A stretch of DNA of 24,687 nucleotides from a virus (Duplodnaviria; Caudoviricetes). The translations under genes were made by a program, and so were the position numbers. The first letter of the stretch is position 1, and each line of letters opens with the position of its first letter. The stretch is taken from positions 1 through 24,687 of IMG/VR virus record IMGVR_UViG_3300032301_000037. The stretch is one strand, 5' to 3'. Under the pieces are notes generated by a model. It did not search any database and had not been told where the DNA came from. It saw nothing but the letters and a program-made list of their open reading frames with translations. Below are positions 1-7,858 of this stretch, one piece after another.

Positions 1-774
1 CAGATTGAGGAAGTGGTGCAGCGGTATGGCGAGAAACACCCGTTGACCCGCTCAATGGTCTACGGCGAGTTTGTTGACATAGGGGCTGAGAGTCTGGTGA
101 TTAGTCTGACCCAGTTGCAAAACTGCCACAACCAACCCCCCGACTTTAAGCCTGGAACCCGCAGAGCTGGCGTAGACTTTGCTGCTGGTGGCGATCAGAA
201 CGTGCTTTGCATAAGTGACGGCAACAAGGTGCTACCTATGATTGCATGGCGCGAAAGGGATACGATGTCTGCGGTGGGTAGGTTTATTGTGGAATTTAAG
301 AAAGCTGGGTTAAAGCCAGAAGACATTTATGCGGATGCGAGTGGCTTAGGTATGCCGATGTGTGATGCGCTGGCTGAGTCGGGCTGGGAGGTTAACCGAG
401 TTAACTTTGGCTCTACTGCCTACGACACCGATGCGTATACCAATAGAGCAGCCGAGATGTGGTACACGATGGCCAAGAAGATTGAAGCGGCTGAAGTCAT
501 ACTGCCAGAGGACGAGGACCTAACCGCGCAGTTAACTTGTCGGCGCACGATCACCAACAGCAAGGGCAAGTTGGGCGTGGAGTCAAAGGACTCGATGCGG
601 TCTAGGGGACTAGCCTCACCCGACCGAGCCGATGCCCTTGCTTTGTGTTTAAGTGGTGGCAATGTTAACCTTGACTTGACTTTCCCCACCGAGCGTCCAA
701 CTTGGCGGATGTTAAGTCAGATCATGTCGGAGGCGAGTGACCCCGTTATGGCTGGCTTTGACGCAGGAGGATAA
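1..774 (+). CDS. terL: Terminase large subunit, C-terminal RNase H-like nuclease domain (5'-partial; frame open from base 1)
   Basis: Motifs YGEF, AGVDFAAGGDQNV, IYADASGLG, NRAAEMW, VESKDSM and SPDRADALAL are typical of terminase nuclease domains. Bases 1-12 read QIEE in frame. Lies upstream of the portal. Confidence 0.93.
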   Translation, partial: QIEEVVQRYGEKHPLTRSMVYGEFVDIGAESLVISLTQLQNCHNQPPDFKPGTRRAGVDFAAGGDQNVLCISDGNKVLPMIAWRERDTMSAVGRFIVEFKKAGLKPEDIYADASGLGMPMCDALAESGWEVNRVNFGSTAYDTDAYTNRAAEMWYTMAKKIEAAEVILPEDEDLTAQLTCRRTITNSKGKLGVESKDSMRSRGLASPDRADALALCLSGGNVNLDLTFPTERPTWRMLSQIMSEASDPVMAGFDAGG

Positions 775-779
775 ACACT

Positions 780-950
780 ATGAATATATGGAACTGGATT
801 ACCGCAAACTGGCAAGAGATTGTCGCCGCTGTTGGTGGCGTTGTCTTGGCCGCACGCATCATTGTTAAACTTACCCCCACCCCCGCCGATGACAGCTTCC
901 TAGAAAAGATCGTAAATTTCTTGAAGACAGTCGGGCTAAATATCAAATAA
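780..950 (+). CDS. Small membrane protein, putative holin (56 aa; not in supplied ORF track)
   Basis: Translates MNIWNWITANWQEIVAAVGGVVLAARIIVKLTPTPADDSFLEKIVNFLKTVGLNIK. GGAGG SD upstream of ATG 780, one hydrophobic segment, then a TPTPxDD motif and amphipathic C-terminus as in small phage holin-like proteins. Confidence 0.75.
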   Translation: MNIWNWITANWQEIVAAVGGVVLAARIIVKLTPTPADDSFLEKIVNFLKTVGLNIK

Positions 951-956
951 TCTTTT

Positions 957-1145
957 GTGCTGCGTGCAATCCTTGAGATCATCGCAGCCGTGTTTCGCAT
1001 CATCCCAGGTTGGAAAGACAAGCGCACCCAGAACCTTGAAGGCGATTGGCGCAAGAACCGTGATGCTATTGACGGCGATCTTCGCGGTGACTCTTGGTGG
1101 CTGCGCAACAACGACCCCAGTAACAAACACAACGGGGGCAGTTGA
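957..1145 (+). CDS. Small N-terminally anchored protein, candidate i-spanin (Rz-like)
   Basis: GTG start 6 nt after the holin-like stop. Hydrophobic/amphipathic N-terminus (LRAILEIIAAVFRII) and charged remainder. Its 3' part overlaps a lipoprotein ORF in another frame, as in overlapped Rz/Rz1 pairs. Confidence 0.5.
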   Translation: MLRAILEIIAAVFRIIPGWKDKRTQNLEGDWRKNRDAIDGDLRGDSWWLRNNDPSNKHNGGS

Positions 1146-1275
1146 GTCCTTAATGCGAGATGAAAACTATTCTGCTGTCCGTACTGCTGATCCAAAAGTA
1201 CGCGCTTGGGCAAAGCGTGCTTTACATTACGTCAACGATCTGTCATTTGAATTGAGTAGGGAGCGTAACAAATGA
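1036..1275 (+). CDS. Lipoprotein, candidate o-spanin (Rz1-like); start TTG 1036 (alternative ATG 1063)
   Basis: MKAIGARTVMLLTAIFAVTLGGC has a basic n-region, hydrophobic h-region and lipobox LGGC. The stop overlaps the portal start (ATGA). The supplied start at 955 looks too long. Confidence 0.7.
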   Translation: MKAIGARTVMLLTAIFAVTLGGCATTTPVTNTTGAVESLMRDENYSAVRTADPKVRAWAKRALHYVNDLSFELSRERNK

Positions 1276-3161
1276 GCGATAAATACACACGCCGCACTGA
1301 ATATCACGACCGCATCATTGACAGCTTAAACCAGCGCGAGACTTGGGAGAACCGCCAGCGGTTGTTTTACCAAGCCAGATACTTTGGGGTTAGGCGCAAG
1401 ACTAAACCTTGGCCTACCGCCGCTGACCTTCACGTTCAGCTAATTGACGGCGCGATTGAGAAGTTAAAACCTAGCTTCGTCAACAGCGCAATTGGCAACG
1501 ACATCCTTTCCAGCTTCGTCCCGATGCGCCAGCAGTTAACCCCGATTACCGTATCTGCCGAGCGTTGGTTTGATTACAAGATGCGCGAGCAGTCTAACTT
1601 CCAGAAAGAGATTGTTTCGGTCATCGACAACTTGCTTCTCTACGGGCGCGGGTTAGCCAAGGTAGTCTGGAACGAGGACAAGAAGCAGATTGCCTTTGAG
1701 GCAATTGACCCGTTCCACGTGGTCGTACCGGCTTACTGCAAGAACTTGGCGGATGCAGATTTCATCGTTCACATCATTTCTATTTCAGTCGACAGCTACA
1801 AGACCAACTCGCTTTACAAGCAGGACAAGGAATTTGTCAAACGCATCAGCGGTAAGGTCAACGAATCGGTTGGGCTACGCAGTGAGATTCAAGATGAGAT
1901 TTACAGGCGTGAGGGGATTACGCAGGAATCGGGCAATGATACTATCATCTTGTGGGAACTTTACACCCCGTCCAAGGACGGCTGGAAGGTTGAAACCTAC
2001 AGCCCGCTGGATGTGGAGACGGACGTTAGAAAACCTTTCACCTTACCCTACGAACACGGCGAACCACCTTTTGTCGATTTCCCCTATGAGTTGACAGGGG
2101 GCGGTTGGTACAGTCCCAGAGGAGTCGCAGAAATCCTCCTCCCTGGTGAGAACCTGCTCAACAAACTCAAGAACTCATTGAGCGACTACGTTGAACTGGC
2201 CAACCGACCCGTTTTTGAAGCACAGAATCCAATCTCGCTAAACACATCGAACTTGAAGATGCAGCCTGGGCAGATTCTGCCACAAGGCTTAAAGCCAGTT
2301 CAGTTCAGCCAACCACCCTTCGACTTCCAGCGTTTGATGATGGAAGAAAAGATGTCGGCTGAACAGCGCATGGGTCAGTTTGATATGGGTGCAAGTTCGC
2401 AGTACCAAATCTCGGATCGCAAGACTGCGACTGAGGTTGCCGCTATCCAAGCCCAAGCCGCTGCTTCGGGCGATCTACGCAACCGCATCTTTAGGATGAG
2501 CCTGTCGCACTTGTTTAGGCAGTGCTGGTCGCTTTATGTACAGTATGCCAAAGAGGACTTGCTGTTTAGGTACGCTGAAGAGACTGGTCAGATGGTTCCA
2601 GACGGCATCCACGCCGAGTATTCGATTGAGCCAAAGGGCGGGCTGGACTTCATCAACCGCCAATTTGCTTTGCAGAAGTCAGTAGCGCGGATGCAGATGT
2701 TCCAAAATAATCCTTTCGTAAACCAAGGAGAATTGGTAAAGTCAGTGCTTGAACAAGACGATCCCTCGCTGGTCCGCAGACTCTTCCAAGATCCGAACGC
2801 AGCCTCTGGCGATCAAGCTGAAGATCAAGCGACTGAAATCGCGACTATGCTTGCAACTGGATTCCCAGTCGCAATCAAGCCTAGCGATGATCACAAAGCG
2901 CATATATCCGTTCTCTTCGCGTTTAACCAAGCGGCTCAACTGCGCCAGCAGCCGGTCGACCAGAGTGCAATGCAAGTTCTAATGGCGCACTTACAACAGC
3001 ATTTACAGGCGTTGGAACAGATCGATCCCAACACATCCCGCGCTATCCAGAAACAGCTTCGTGATGCGGCCAAGGCAGACACTCGCCAACAAGGGCAAGC
3101 GGTAGGGGCAACACCTACTGAGGGTCAGCCGATGCAACAGGCCGCGCCGATGCCTGCTTGA
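1272..3161 (+). CDS. Portal protein (podovirus/P22-like, 629 aa)
   Basis: Size and position after terminase. Portal-like segments LLLYGRGLAKVVW, IDPFHVVVP, HGEPPFV, GWYSPRGVAE and RKTATEV. Gln-rich C-terminal extension. Confidence 0.9.
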   Translation: MSDKYTRRTEYHDRIIDSLNQRETWENRQRLFYQARYFGVRRKTKPWPTAADLHVQLIDGAIEKLKPSFVNSAIGNDILSSFVPMRQQLTPITVSAERWFDYKMREQSNFQKEIVSVIDNLLLYGRGLAKVVWNEDKKQIAFEAIDPFHVVVPAYCKNLADADFIVHIISISVDSYKTNSLYKQDKEFVKRISGKVNESVGLRSEIQDEIYRREGITQESGNDTIILWELYTPSKDGWKVETYSPLDVETDVRKPFTLPYEHGEPPFVDFPYELTGGGWYSPRGVAEILLPGENLLNKLKNSLSDYVELANRPVFEAQNPISLNTSNLKMQPGQILPQGLKPVQFSQPPFDFQRLMMEEKMSAEQRMGQFDMGASSQYQISDRKTATEVAAIQAQAAASGDLRNRIFRMSLSHLFRQCWSLYVQYAKEDLLFRYAEETGQMVPDGIHAEYSIEPKGGLDFINRQFALQKSVARMQMFQNNPFVNQGELVKSVLEQDDPSLVRRLFQDPNAASGDQAEDQATEIATMLATGFPVAIKPSDDHKAHISVLFAFNQAAQLRQQPVDQSAMQVLMAHLQQHLQALEQIDPNTSRAIQKQLRDAAKADTRQQGQAVGATPTEGQPMQQAAPMPA

Positions 3162-3952
3162 TTAAGAACGTAGAATTTAATGTAACCCCGCAAGAGCGGG
3201 TAAAGTTATTCTTGGACGATGAACAATTCGGCCAAGAACTAATGCTCAAGTATTTTGCAAAAGAAAGCGTATACGAGCCAGAAACATTCTTACTTTTTAA
3301 GCGTCTGCTCAAAGAAGGCGATACTTTTATCGACATTGGCGGTCATGTTGGATTCTTTTCCATAGTATCCTCGGCACTGGTTGGCGTGTCTGGCAGGGTC
3401 TACACTTTCGAGCCAGAGCCTAAAAATTATCTGCACTTGTTACAACACATCCAAGTTAACAATTTGCGCAACATTACACCTCACTGCTGGGCAGTTGGCG
3501 ATCAATCCAAGATGGTAGTGTTCAATCAAAACCAAGATTGTGATGGCGGTCATTCGCTGTGGGATTGCGGTAAGTTTGGTAACAATGTTAAGAGCCGCGA
3601 GAATCCAGTTAGGATAGCTACCTATATGGCATCCTTGGATGTAGAGCTTGCTGGCAGGGATCTGTCGAAATTAAAGCTGGTTAAAGCGGATGTGGAGGGG
3701 GCAGAGGAACTAGCTCTGCGCGGGATGGAACAAATCTTAAAGACGCACAAGCCGTTTGTTGTGGCTGAGATTCACGAATTTGGGTTACATCAGATGGGTA
3801 GCTCTGGACAAGCCTTGCGCAAGTACATGGAAAGTCTTGGCTATATTACTTACCTACTAGAAAAAGAAGAACCAGAATCCTTGGCTGGCAAACCACTTCC
3901 CAATAAAGAATTTGTCTATAACGTGCTGTTTGCAGCTAAAGACCTACCATGA
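3158..3952 (+). CDS. FkbM-family SAM-dependent methyltransferase
   Basis: Motifs GDTFIDIGGHVGFFS, VYTFEPEPKN, AVGD, LVKADVEGAEELALRG and VVAEIH. TTG start overlaps the portal TGA, and the stop overlaps the next ATG. Confidence 0.92.
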   Translation: MIKNVEFNVTPQERVKLFLDDEQFGQELMLKYFAKESVYEPETFLLFKRLLKEGDTFIDIGGHVGFFSIVSSALVGVSGRVYTFEPEPKNYLHLLQHIQVNNLRNITPHCWAVGDQSKMVVFNQNQDCDGGHSLWDCGKFGNNVKSRENPVRIATYMASLDVELAGRDLSKLKLVKADVEGAEELALRGMEQILKTHKPFVVAEIHEFGLHQMGSSGQALRKYMESLGYITYLLEKEEPESLAGKPLPNKEFVYNVLFAAKDLP

Positions 3953-4275
3953 GAAAACTCCGCGCTATCCTATCTTTTATCCGTCACCAAGAGTGGATCA
4001 ATGAACCCAAGTGGAACAGCGAAGACGAGAAGGCGTGGACTGGATTCCTCACAACCCCCACCGGCCTAAAGTTATCCGCCATCTTGCTTAACCTTACTTT
4101 ACGCAATAACGCCTCTGCCACCGAGAAGGATAGCGAGGCACTTGCGTTGGCTTGCGGGTATGCTAAAGGCTTTAGGGGATGTGTAGCGGTTCTCGAATCG
4201 TTTGCATCCCGAAAAACAAACTCGCCCATCCAGACCGACGATACGGATGGGGTCGAAGGACAGATCGTCGATTAA
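3949..4275 (+). CDS. Small protein in the portal-scaffold slot (putative head-assembly factor)
   Basis: ATGA-coupled start. W..FL.TPTG..L..IL and A.GYAKGFRG pattern with an acidic tail resembles the small helical proteins found between portal and scaffold in podoviruses. Confidence 0.65.
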   Translation: MRKLRAILSFIRHQEWINEPKWNSEDEKAWTGFLTTPTGLKLSAILLNLTLRNNASATEKDSEALALACGYAKGFRGCVAVLESFASRKTNSPIQTDDTDGVEGQIVD

Positions 4276-4276
4276 C

Positions 4277-4307
4277 CTACTACTGGGAATGACTCCCCTA
4301 GTGGCAG
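4277..4307 (+). promoter_or_regulatory. Possible mRNA stem-loop in the scaffold gene leader
   Basis: CTAC-TACT-GGGA-atgac-TCCC-ct-AGTG-GCAG forms an imperfect inverted repeat in the longest internal intergenic gap (49 nt). No poly-U tail. Confidence 0.3.
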
Positions 4308-4324
4308 TGTAAGAAAGGGTCAAA

Positions 4325-5284
4325 ATGGCGGAATTGACTAACCTATCCGAAGCAGATGTATTGGCTTTAGCGAAGGCGGCAGATGAAGGCACGGAACTCG
4401 CGCCCACCCTGTCACAAGTTGAAGCGGTAACAGAAACTAAGGAGACGGCCAGCGGCGATACCTTGGAGACACCCGCGACTCCCGAAACCACCGAAACTAA
4501 ATCCACATCAGATGATGTGGTGACGGATGAAGTCCCTAAGACTGAAACCGTATCAACCAAAAGTTCTTTAACAACGCAATCTGATGAATCCAAGTCGGAG
4601 TCGGCTTCCGAAAAGAAGCCAACACGATATGAGAAAGCAAAGTCGCGTCTTGAAAAGGAATGGGAAACACTGCGAGCAGAGAAAGCCAAGTTGCAGGCCG
4701 AGCGGGAAGCCGCCCAGGCCTCGGTTGGAAAAGCTGCTGCGCAGGAGAAACAAACTTCAACTCGCAAGTTTAGCGCGGAAGATTATCGGGAAGCAGCAAA
4801 GAGCTACCGTGATGAAGGCCGCGATGATCTTGCAAAACTCGCTGAAAACAAAGCCAGCGAGATTGAGGTTGAGTACAGGAAAGAGCAAGAGGAGAATGTC
4901 AAAGGCGAGCTAAAGTCCGCCTGGGACAAGAACCTTTACGAAGAGGTCGAGGCCAACCCCGATCTTAAAGACTCTTCCACCAAACTTTACAAGGCGGTAT
5001 CGGAGATGCTACAGAACCACGCCATCCTGCGCAATTACCCAGCGGGGATTAAGGATGCGGTGGGCATCGCCAAGATTAGGCTTAAAGCGGAGTCCGCCTC
5101 CGATTTGGAAAAGAAGGTTGCAAAGTATGAGTCAGAATTGGCTCAACTTAGAAAGGCCACGACACCAGCAAGCGGTCAGCCTTCTGCACCCGCCCGACAG
5201 AAACAGTTTCACGAACTGTCCAGCAATGAACAGGAAAAGGAGTTGTTACGAATGGCAGCGGAAGCAGACAGGATGGGAGTTTGA
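4325..5284 (+). CDS. Capsid scaffolding protein (319 aa)
   Basis: Directly upstream of the capsid gene. Acidic, T/E/S-rich disordered N-terminus, central coiled coils (EKEWETLRAEKAKLQAERE), and a short C-terminal helix (FHELSSNEQEKELLRMA). Confidence 0.85.
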   Translation: MAELTNLSEADVLALAKAADEGTELAPTLSQVEAVTETKETASGDTLETPATPETTETKSTSDDVVTDEVPKTETVSTKSSLTTQSDESKSESASEKKPTRYEKAKSRLEKEWETLRAEKAKLQAEREAAQASVGKAAAQEKQTSTRKFSAEDYREAAKSYRDEGRDDLAKLAENKASEIEVEYRKEQEENVKGELKSAWDKNLYEEVEANPDLKDSSTKLYKAVSEMLQNHAILRNYPAGIKDAVGIAKIRLKAESASDLEKKVAKYESELAQLRKATTPASGQPSAPARQKQFHELSSNEQEKELLRMAAEADRMGV

Positions 5285-5310
5285 CAGGTTAGTGGTACAG
5301 GAAAAATAAA

Positions 5311-6339
5311 ATGGCTAATGTTACTACAGGCTCTGTCTCTTCACAGTTTCAGGCCTTCTTCTCAAAGTCACTCTTAGAGAGGCAAATCCCCTTGCTCCAG
5401 ATGGAGCAGTTTGCCCAAAAGGTTCCGTATCCGACGAAAACTGGCGGCAACAAGACCGTCCGTTTCTTCCGATTCGATAACCCCAGCATCGCTTCAATCG
5501 TCTCGCTTGCGGAAGGCACGAGTCCTACTGCTGGTACGGGCGAGCGTCAGCTCACCCTCTCCACAGTCGAAGCCACGTTGGAACAGTTCGGATCTAGCAT
5601 CGTCCTCACGGATGTTTTGCTGGCCACCGAGCTATTCAATCACTTGGCCCAGGCTACTAAGCAACTCGGTGAAGATGCAGCTCTCCATGCCGACACCCTC
5701 TCGCACCGCGCGTTGGTGTTGAACACGACTGCCTCCACGACTGCTGGTACGACTGTCTCCACGTCGGCCTACGTGCGCTACGCACAGAACGGAACCAACG
5801 GAACCAACTTCCAAGGTGCATCCACGGCTAACGCCGCGATGACTGCTTTGGATCTTCTGGATGCCGCGACTGCCCTCAAGGTCAACCGCGCTCCTAAGAT
5901 CAAAGATGGTTACGTCCTCGTTGCTCCTCCTCAGGTCACTCGTGACTTGATGAACGACGATGACTTCCTGCGCGTTTCCTCCTACAGCACCCCCGAAGCC
6001 ATCTACAAAGGTGAAGTCGGTCGTCTGTTCGGCGTGAGCGTAATCGAAACCACCAACAACTTAACGGCTGGTACTGCTGCTTACGGTGTAAACACCGAAG
6101 CAACCGGCTCTAACTTTGCAAGCATCGTGTTGGGTGGGCAAGCCTTCGGCGTGCCTCACATGACAGCGGTTGCGGCCACTGGCTCGCCCTACGCGCCTAA
6201 GGTCACAATCCTCGATGCTCCTGACAAGTCAGACATCTACGGTCAGCGCACCATCGCATCGTTCAAAACCTTCTATACTGCGAAGCAATTGAACCCTGCG
6301 TTCTATCGCGTTGTCTGGTCGAAGTCTAACTTCGCCTAA
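5311..6339 (+). CDS. Major capsid protein (N4-gp56-like family, 342 aa)
   Basis: Motifs GNKTVRFFRF, LAEGTSP, VEATLEQFG, YVLVAPPQVTRDLMND, YKGEVGRLFGVSVIET and DKSDIYGQR. C-ending codon bias typical of a highly expressed gene. AGGA SD. Confidence 0.95.
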   Translation: MANVTTGSVSSQFQAFFSKSLLERQIPLLQMEQFAQKVPYPTKTGGNKTVRFFRFDNPSIASIVSLAEGTSPTAGTGERQLTLSTVEATLEQFGSSIVLTDVLLATELFNHLAQATKQLGEDAALHADTLSHRALVLNTTASTTAGTTVSTSAYVRYAQNGTNGTNFQGASTANAAMTALDLLDAATALKVNRAPKIKDGYVLVAPPQVTRDLMNDDDFLRVSSYSTPEAIYKGEVGRLFGVSVIETTNNLTAGTAAYGVNTEATGSNFASIVLGGQAFGVPHMTAVAATGSPYAPKVTILDAPDKSDIYGQRTIASFKTFYTAKQLNPAFYRVVWSKSNFA

Positions 6340-6348
6340 GTTATCTAT

Positions 6349-6699
6349 ATGGGAGCCATGCTAGTAATCGGTATGGGTCCTCGGAAAGCTGGGGAGGGTA
6401 AAACCTCCCCAGCCTCTTCCAGCGATAAATCCGCACCCAAGGAAGGTCTTGTTCGCTTGCCCATGTCCATGCTTGAGATGGATGGTGGTGAAGGCGAGAT
6501 GACTCCTCCAGAGGCGGGTGACTCGGTGGAACTCACTGGCACAGTCGAAAAGGTTGACGGCGATACTGTATTCGTCCGCATCAATGATGCGATGGCGGAA
6601 GCAGAGCCGATGGCTGAAGTAGATGAAGAGTCAGAGATGTCCGAAGAGGATAAAATGCGTAAGTTGGCAGAGGAAGCTGACGAGGAAAGCTACAGCTAA
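6349..6699 (+). CDS. Hypothetical acidic protein with a small beta-barrel-like core
   Basis: Tightly coupled ORF. PEAGDSVELTGTVEKVDGDTVFVRI resembles an OB/SH3-like strand pattern. Met/Glu-rich C-terminus. Confidence 0.7.
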   Translation: MGAMLVIGMGPRKAGEGKTSPASSSDKSAPKEGLVRLPMSMLEMDGGEGEMTPPEAGDSVELTGTVEKVDGDTVFVRINDAMAEAEPMAEVDEESEMSEEDKMRKLAEEADEESYS

Positions 6700-6980
6700 T
6701 GCCGATCTACCAGTACACCGACACCCGTAACGGATCAGTCGTTGAACTGGAGAAAACGGTTGCTAAGAGGGATTCGGTCCCTAGCTATCTGAGAAGGTCG
6801 ACTGTGCCACAACGGTTGACAGTATTTGGAACGGGAGAATCCCCGACCGATCCAACGCTGTCGAATACATCAACAATTATGAAGGGGTACTACAAACAAG
6901 AACAAAAACTTGGGAGTAGGTTCAAAAGCGACTTTAGCGCGGATCAAGTGAAACGTGCCTGGGGTCGCAAAGGAGATTAA
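6699..6980 (+). CDS. Hypothetical protein with FmdB-like N-terminus lacking cysteines
   Basis: TAATG overlap with the previous gene. MPIYQYTDTRNGSVVE parallels the FmdB pattern MPIYEYxCxxCGxxFE. Confidence 0.65.
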   Translation: MPIYQYTDTRNGSVVELEKTVAKRDSVPSYLRRSTVPQRLTVFGTGESPTDPTLSNTSTIMKGYYKQEQKLGSRFKSDFSADQVKRAWGRKGD

Positions 6981-6981
6981 T

Positions 6982-7176
6982 ATGTCAGATAGAAATGTTC
7001 GTAGCGGACAACTTGCCAAGAGCAGGCCGTTTAAGGTGAATAGCAAAGCCGAGACACAGCTTGTGGAAATCACCAGCGTGGCTACGGCTGGCACCTTTGA
7101 TGCAGGCACCAGCACCGGCGCACTGTTGCTCAAAGTAAACGGAACAGCGGTAAAGATTCCGTTCTACACAGCGTAA
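6982..7176 (+). CDS. Small hypothetical (likely virion) protein, 64 aa
   Basis: AGGAG SD before ATG 6982 (better than the supplied 6955 start). C-terminal LLLKVNGTAVKIPFY beta-hairpin is typical of small phage structural proteins. Confidence 0.65.
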   Translation: MSDRNVRSGQLAKSRPFKVNSKAETQLVEITSVATAGTFDAGTSTGALLLKVNGTAVKIPFYTA

Positions 7177-7180
7177 GGTT

Positions 7181-7426
7181 ATGTCGCGACTTCTATCCAG
7201 AATCGCGCTAGGCGATGCTGGCACGACCATTGGAACCTCCACGTCCACATATACTGGAGATTTCGATGGCGTGACAGCGTTGACTGGTGGGACAATAACC
7301 ATCTCTGTTAGCGGAACATCATCCACGGGTGTTGCCTTTGCTGCTGGCTCAACTTTGACGGGTGACATCACCGAAGTCATTGTGTCCAGCGGAGGACCAT
7401 TCGCACTCTATAAGCGGACGGTTTAA
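7181..7426 (+). CDS. Small beta-rich virion protein (putative head decoration/spike base)
   Basis: G/T/S-rich 81 aa. The pattern GVAFAAGSTLTGDITEVIVSSG..ALY resembles small phage head-spike proteins. Lies downstream of the capsid gene. Confidence 0.6.
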   Translation: MSRLLSRIALGDAGTTIGTSTSTYTGDFDGVTALTGGTITISVSGTSSTGVAFAAGSTLTGDITEVIVSSGGPFALYKRTV

Positions 7427-7435
7427 GGCTCTTAT

Positions 7436-7849
7436 ATGGGCTGGCAAACTAACCGCATCTTGGAGACTATTGGTACTGCCACCGGCGGTACGCAAAGCAT
7501 TAACTTTAACCTCGAAGCCATAGAGGCTTTGATGGTTACATTGCAGGCTGACGTTGCTGATGGCATTCGCCCGCCCAACTCTACAACTGGCGGAACTGGT
7601 CCGACCGACTTCACCTCGACTAGCTACGGCACGATTGCAACGGCAAGCACTGGCAGGCTGGGATGCACCATCTTCAATTCTGGCCCAGGCAACCTCCATG
7701 TTCTGCTTGGCACAGCAACAGCAAGCACGTCAGTTTTCACGGCCAGACTAAGTGCCGGAGACTACTACGAAGTCCCATTCAACTACACTGGATTGATTGG
7801 TGGCATCTTTGCCACGGCTGGAACTGCTGAAGTGACGACGCTCAGCTAG
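7436..7849 (+). CDS. Putative virion structural protein (137 aa)
   Basis: Short N-terminal coiled coil, then RLGCTIFNSG..LHVLLG...L..GDYYEVPFNYTGLIGGIF, a beta-sandwich pattern seen in phage decoration proteins. Confidence 0.65.
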   Translation: MGWQTNRILETIGTATGGTQSINFNLEAIEALMVTLQADVADGIRPPNSTTGGTGPTDFTSTSYGTIATASTGRLGCTIFNSGPGNLHVLLGTATASTSVFTARLSAGDYYEVPFNYTGLIGGIFATAGTAEVTTLS

Positions 7850-7858
7850 GAGTAGGCG

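Noticed and set aside
955-1035. Supplied 106-aa ORF starting at 955
   Set aside because: The N-terminal part is a shadow of the 957 ORF. The lipoprotein signal fits a start at 1036 or 1063.
4099-4767. Long antisense ORFs (e.g. 4099-4767, 746-1213, 17401-17853, 18672-19202, 20220-20702)
   Set aside because: They lie opposite well-supported genes, mirror their low complexity, and show no motifs or initiation signals.
5281-5312. TTGACA upstream of the capsid gene as a sigma70 promoter
   Set aside because: The best -10 candidates sit at 15- or 20-nt spacing, and the hexamer overlaps the scaffold stop codon. Not supported.
6337-6351. Capsid stop in frame with the next ORF (possible extended capsid); several other junctions are also in frame
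   Set aside because: TAA-G is not a leaky context and there is no slippery site. About 7 of 18 spaced junctions are in frame, near chance, and 9-nt spacers fit ribosome-binding geometry.
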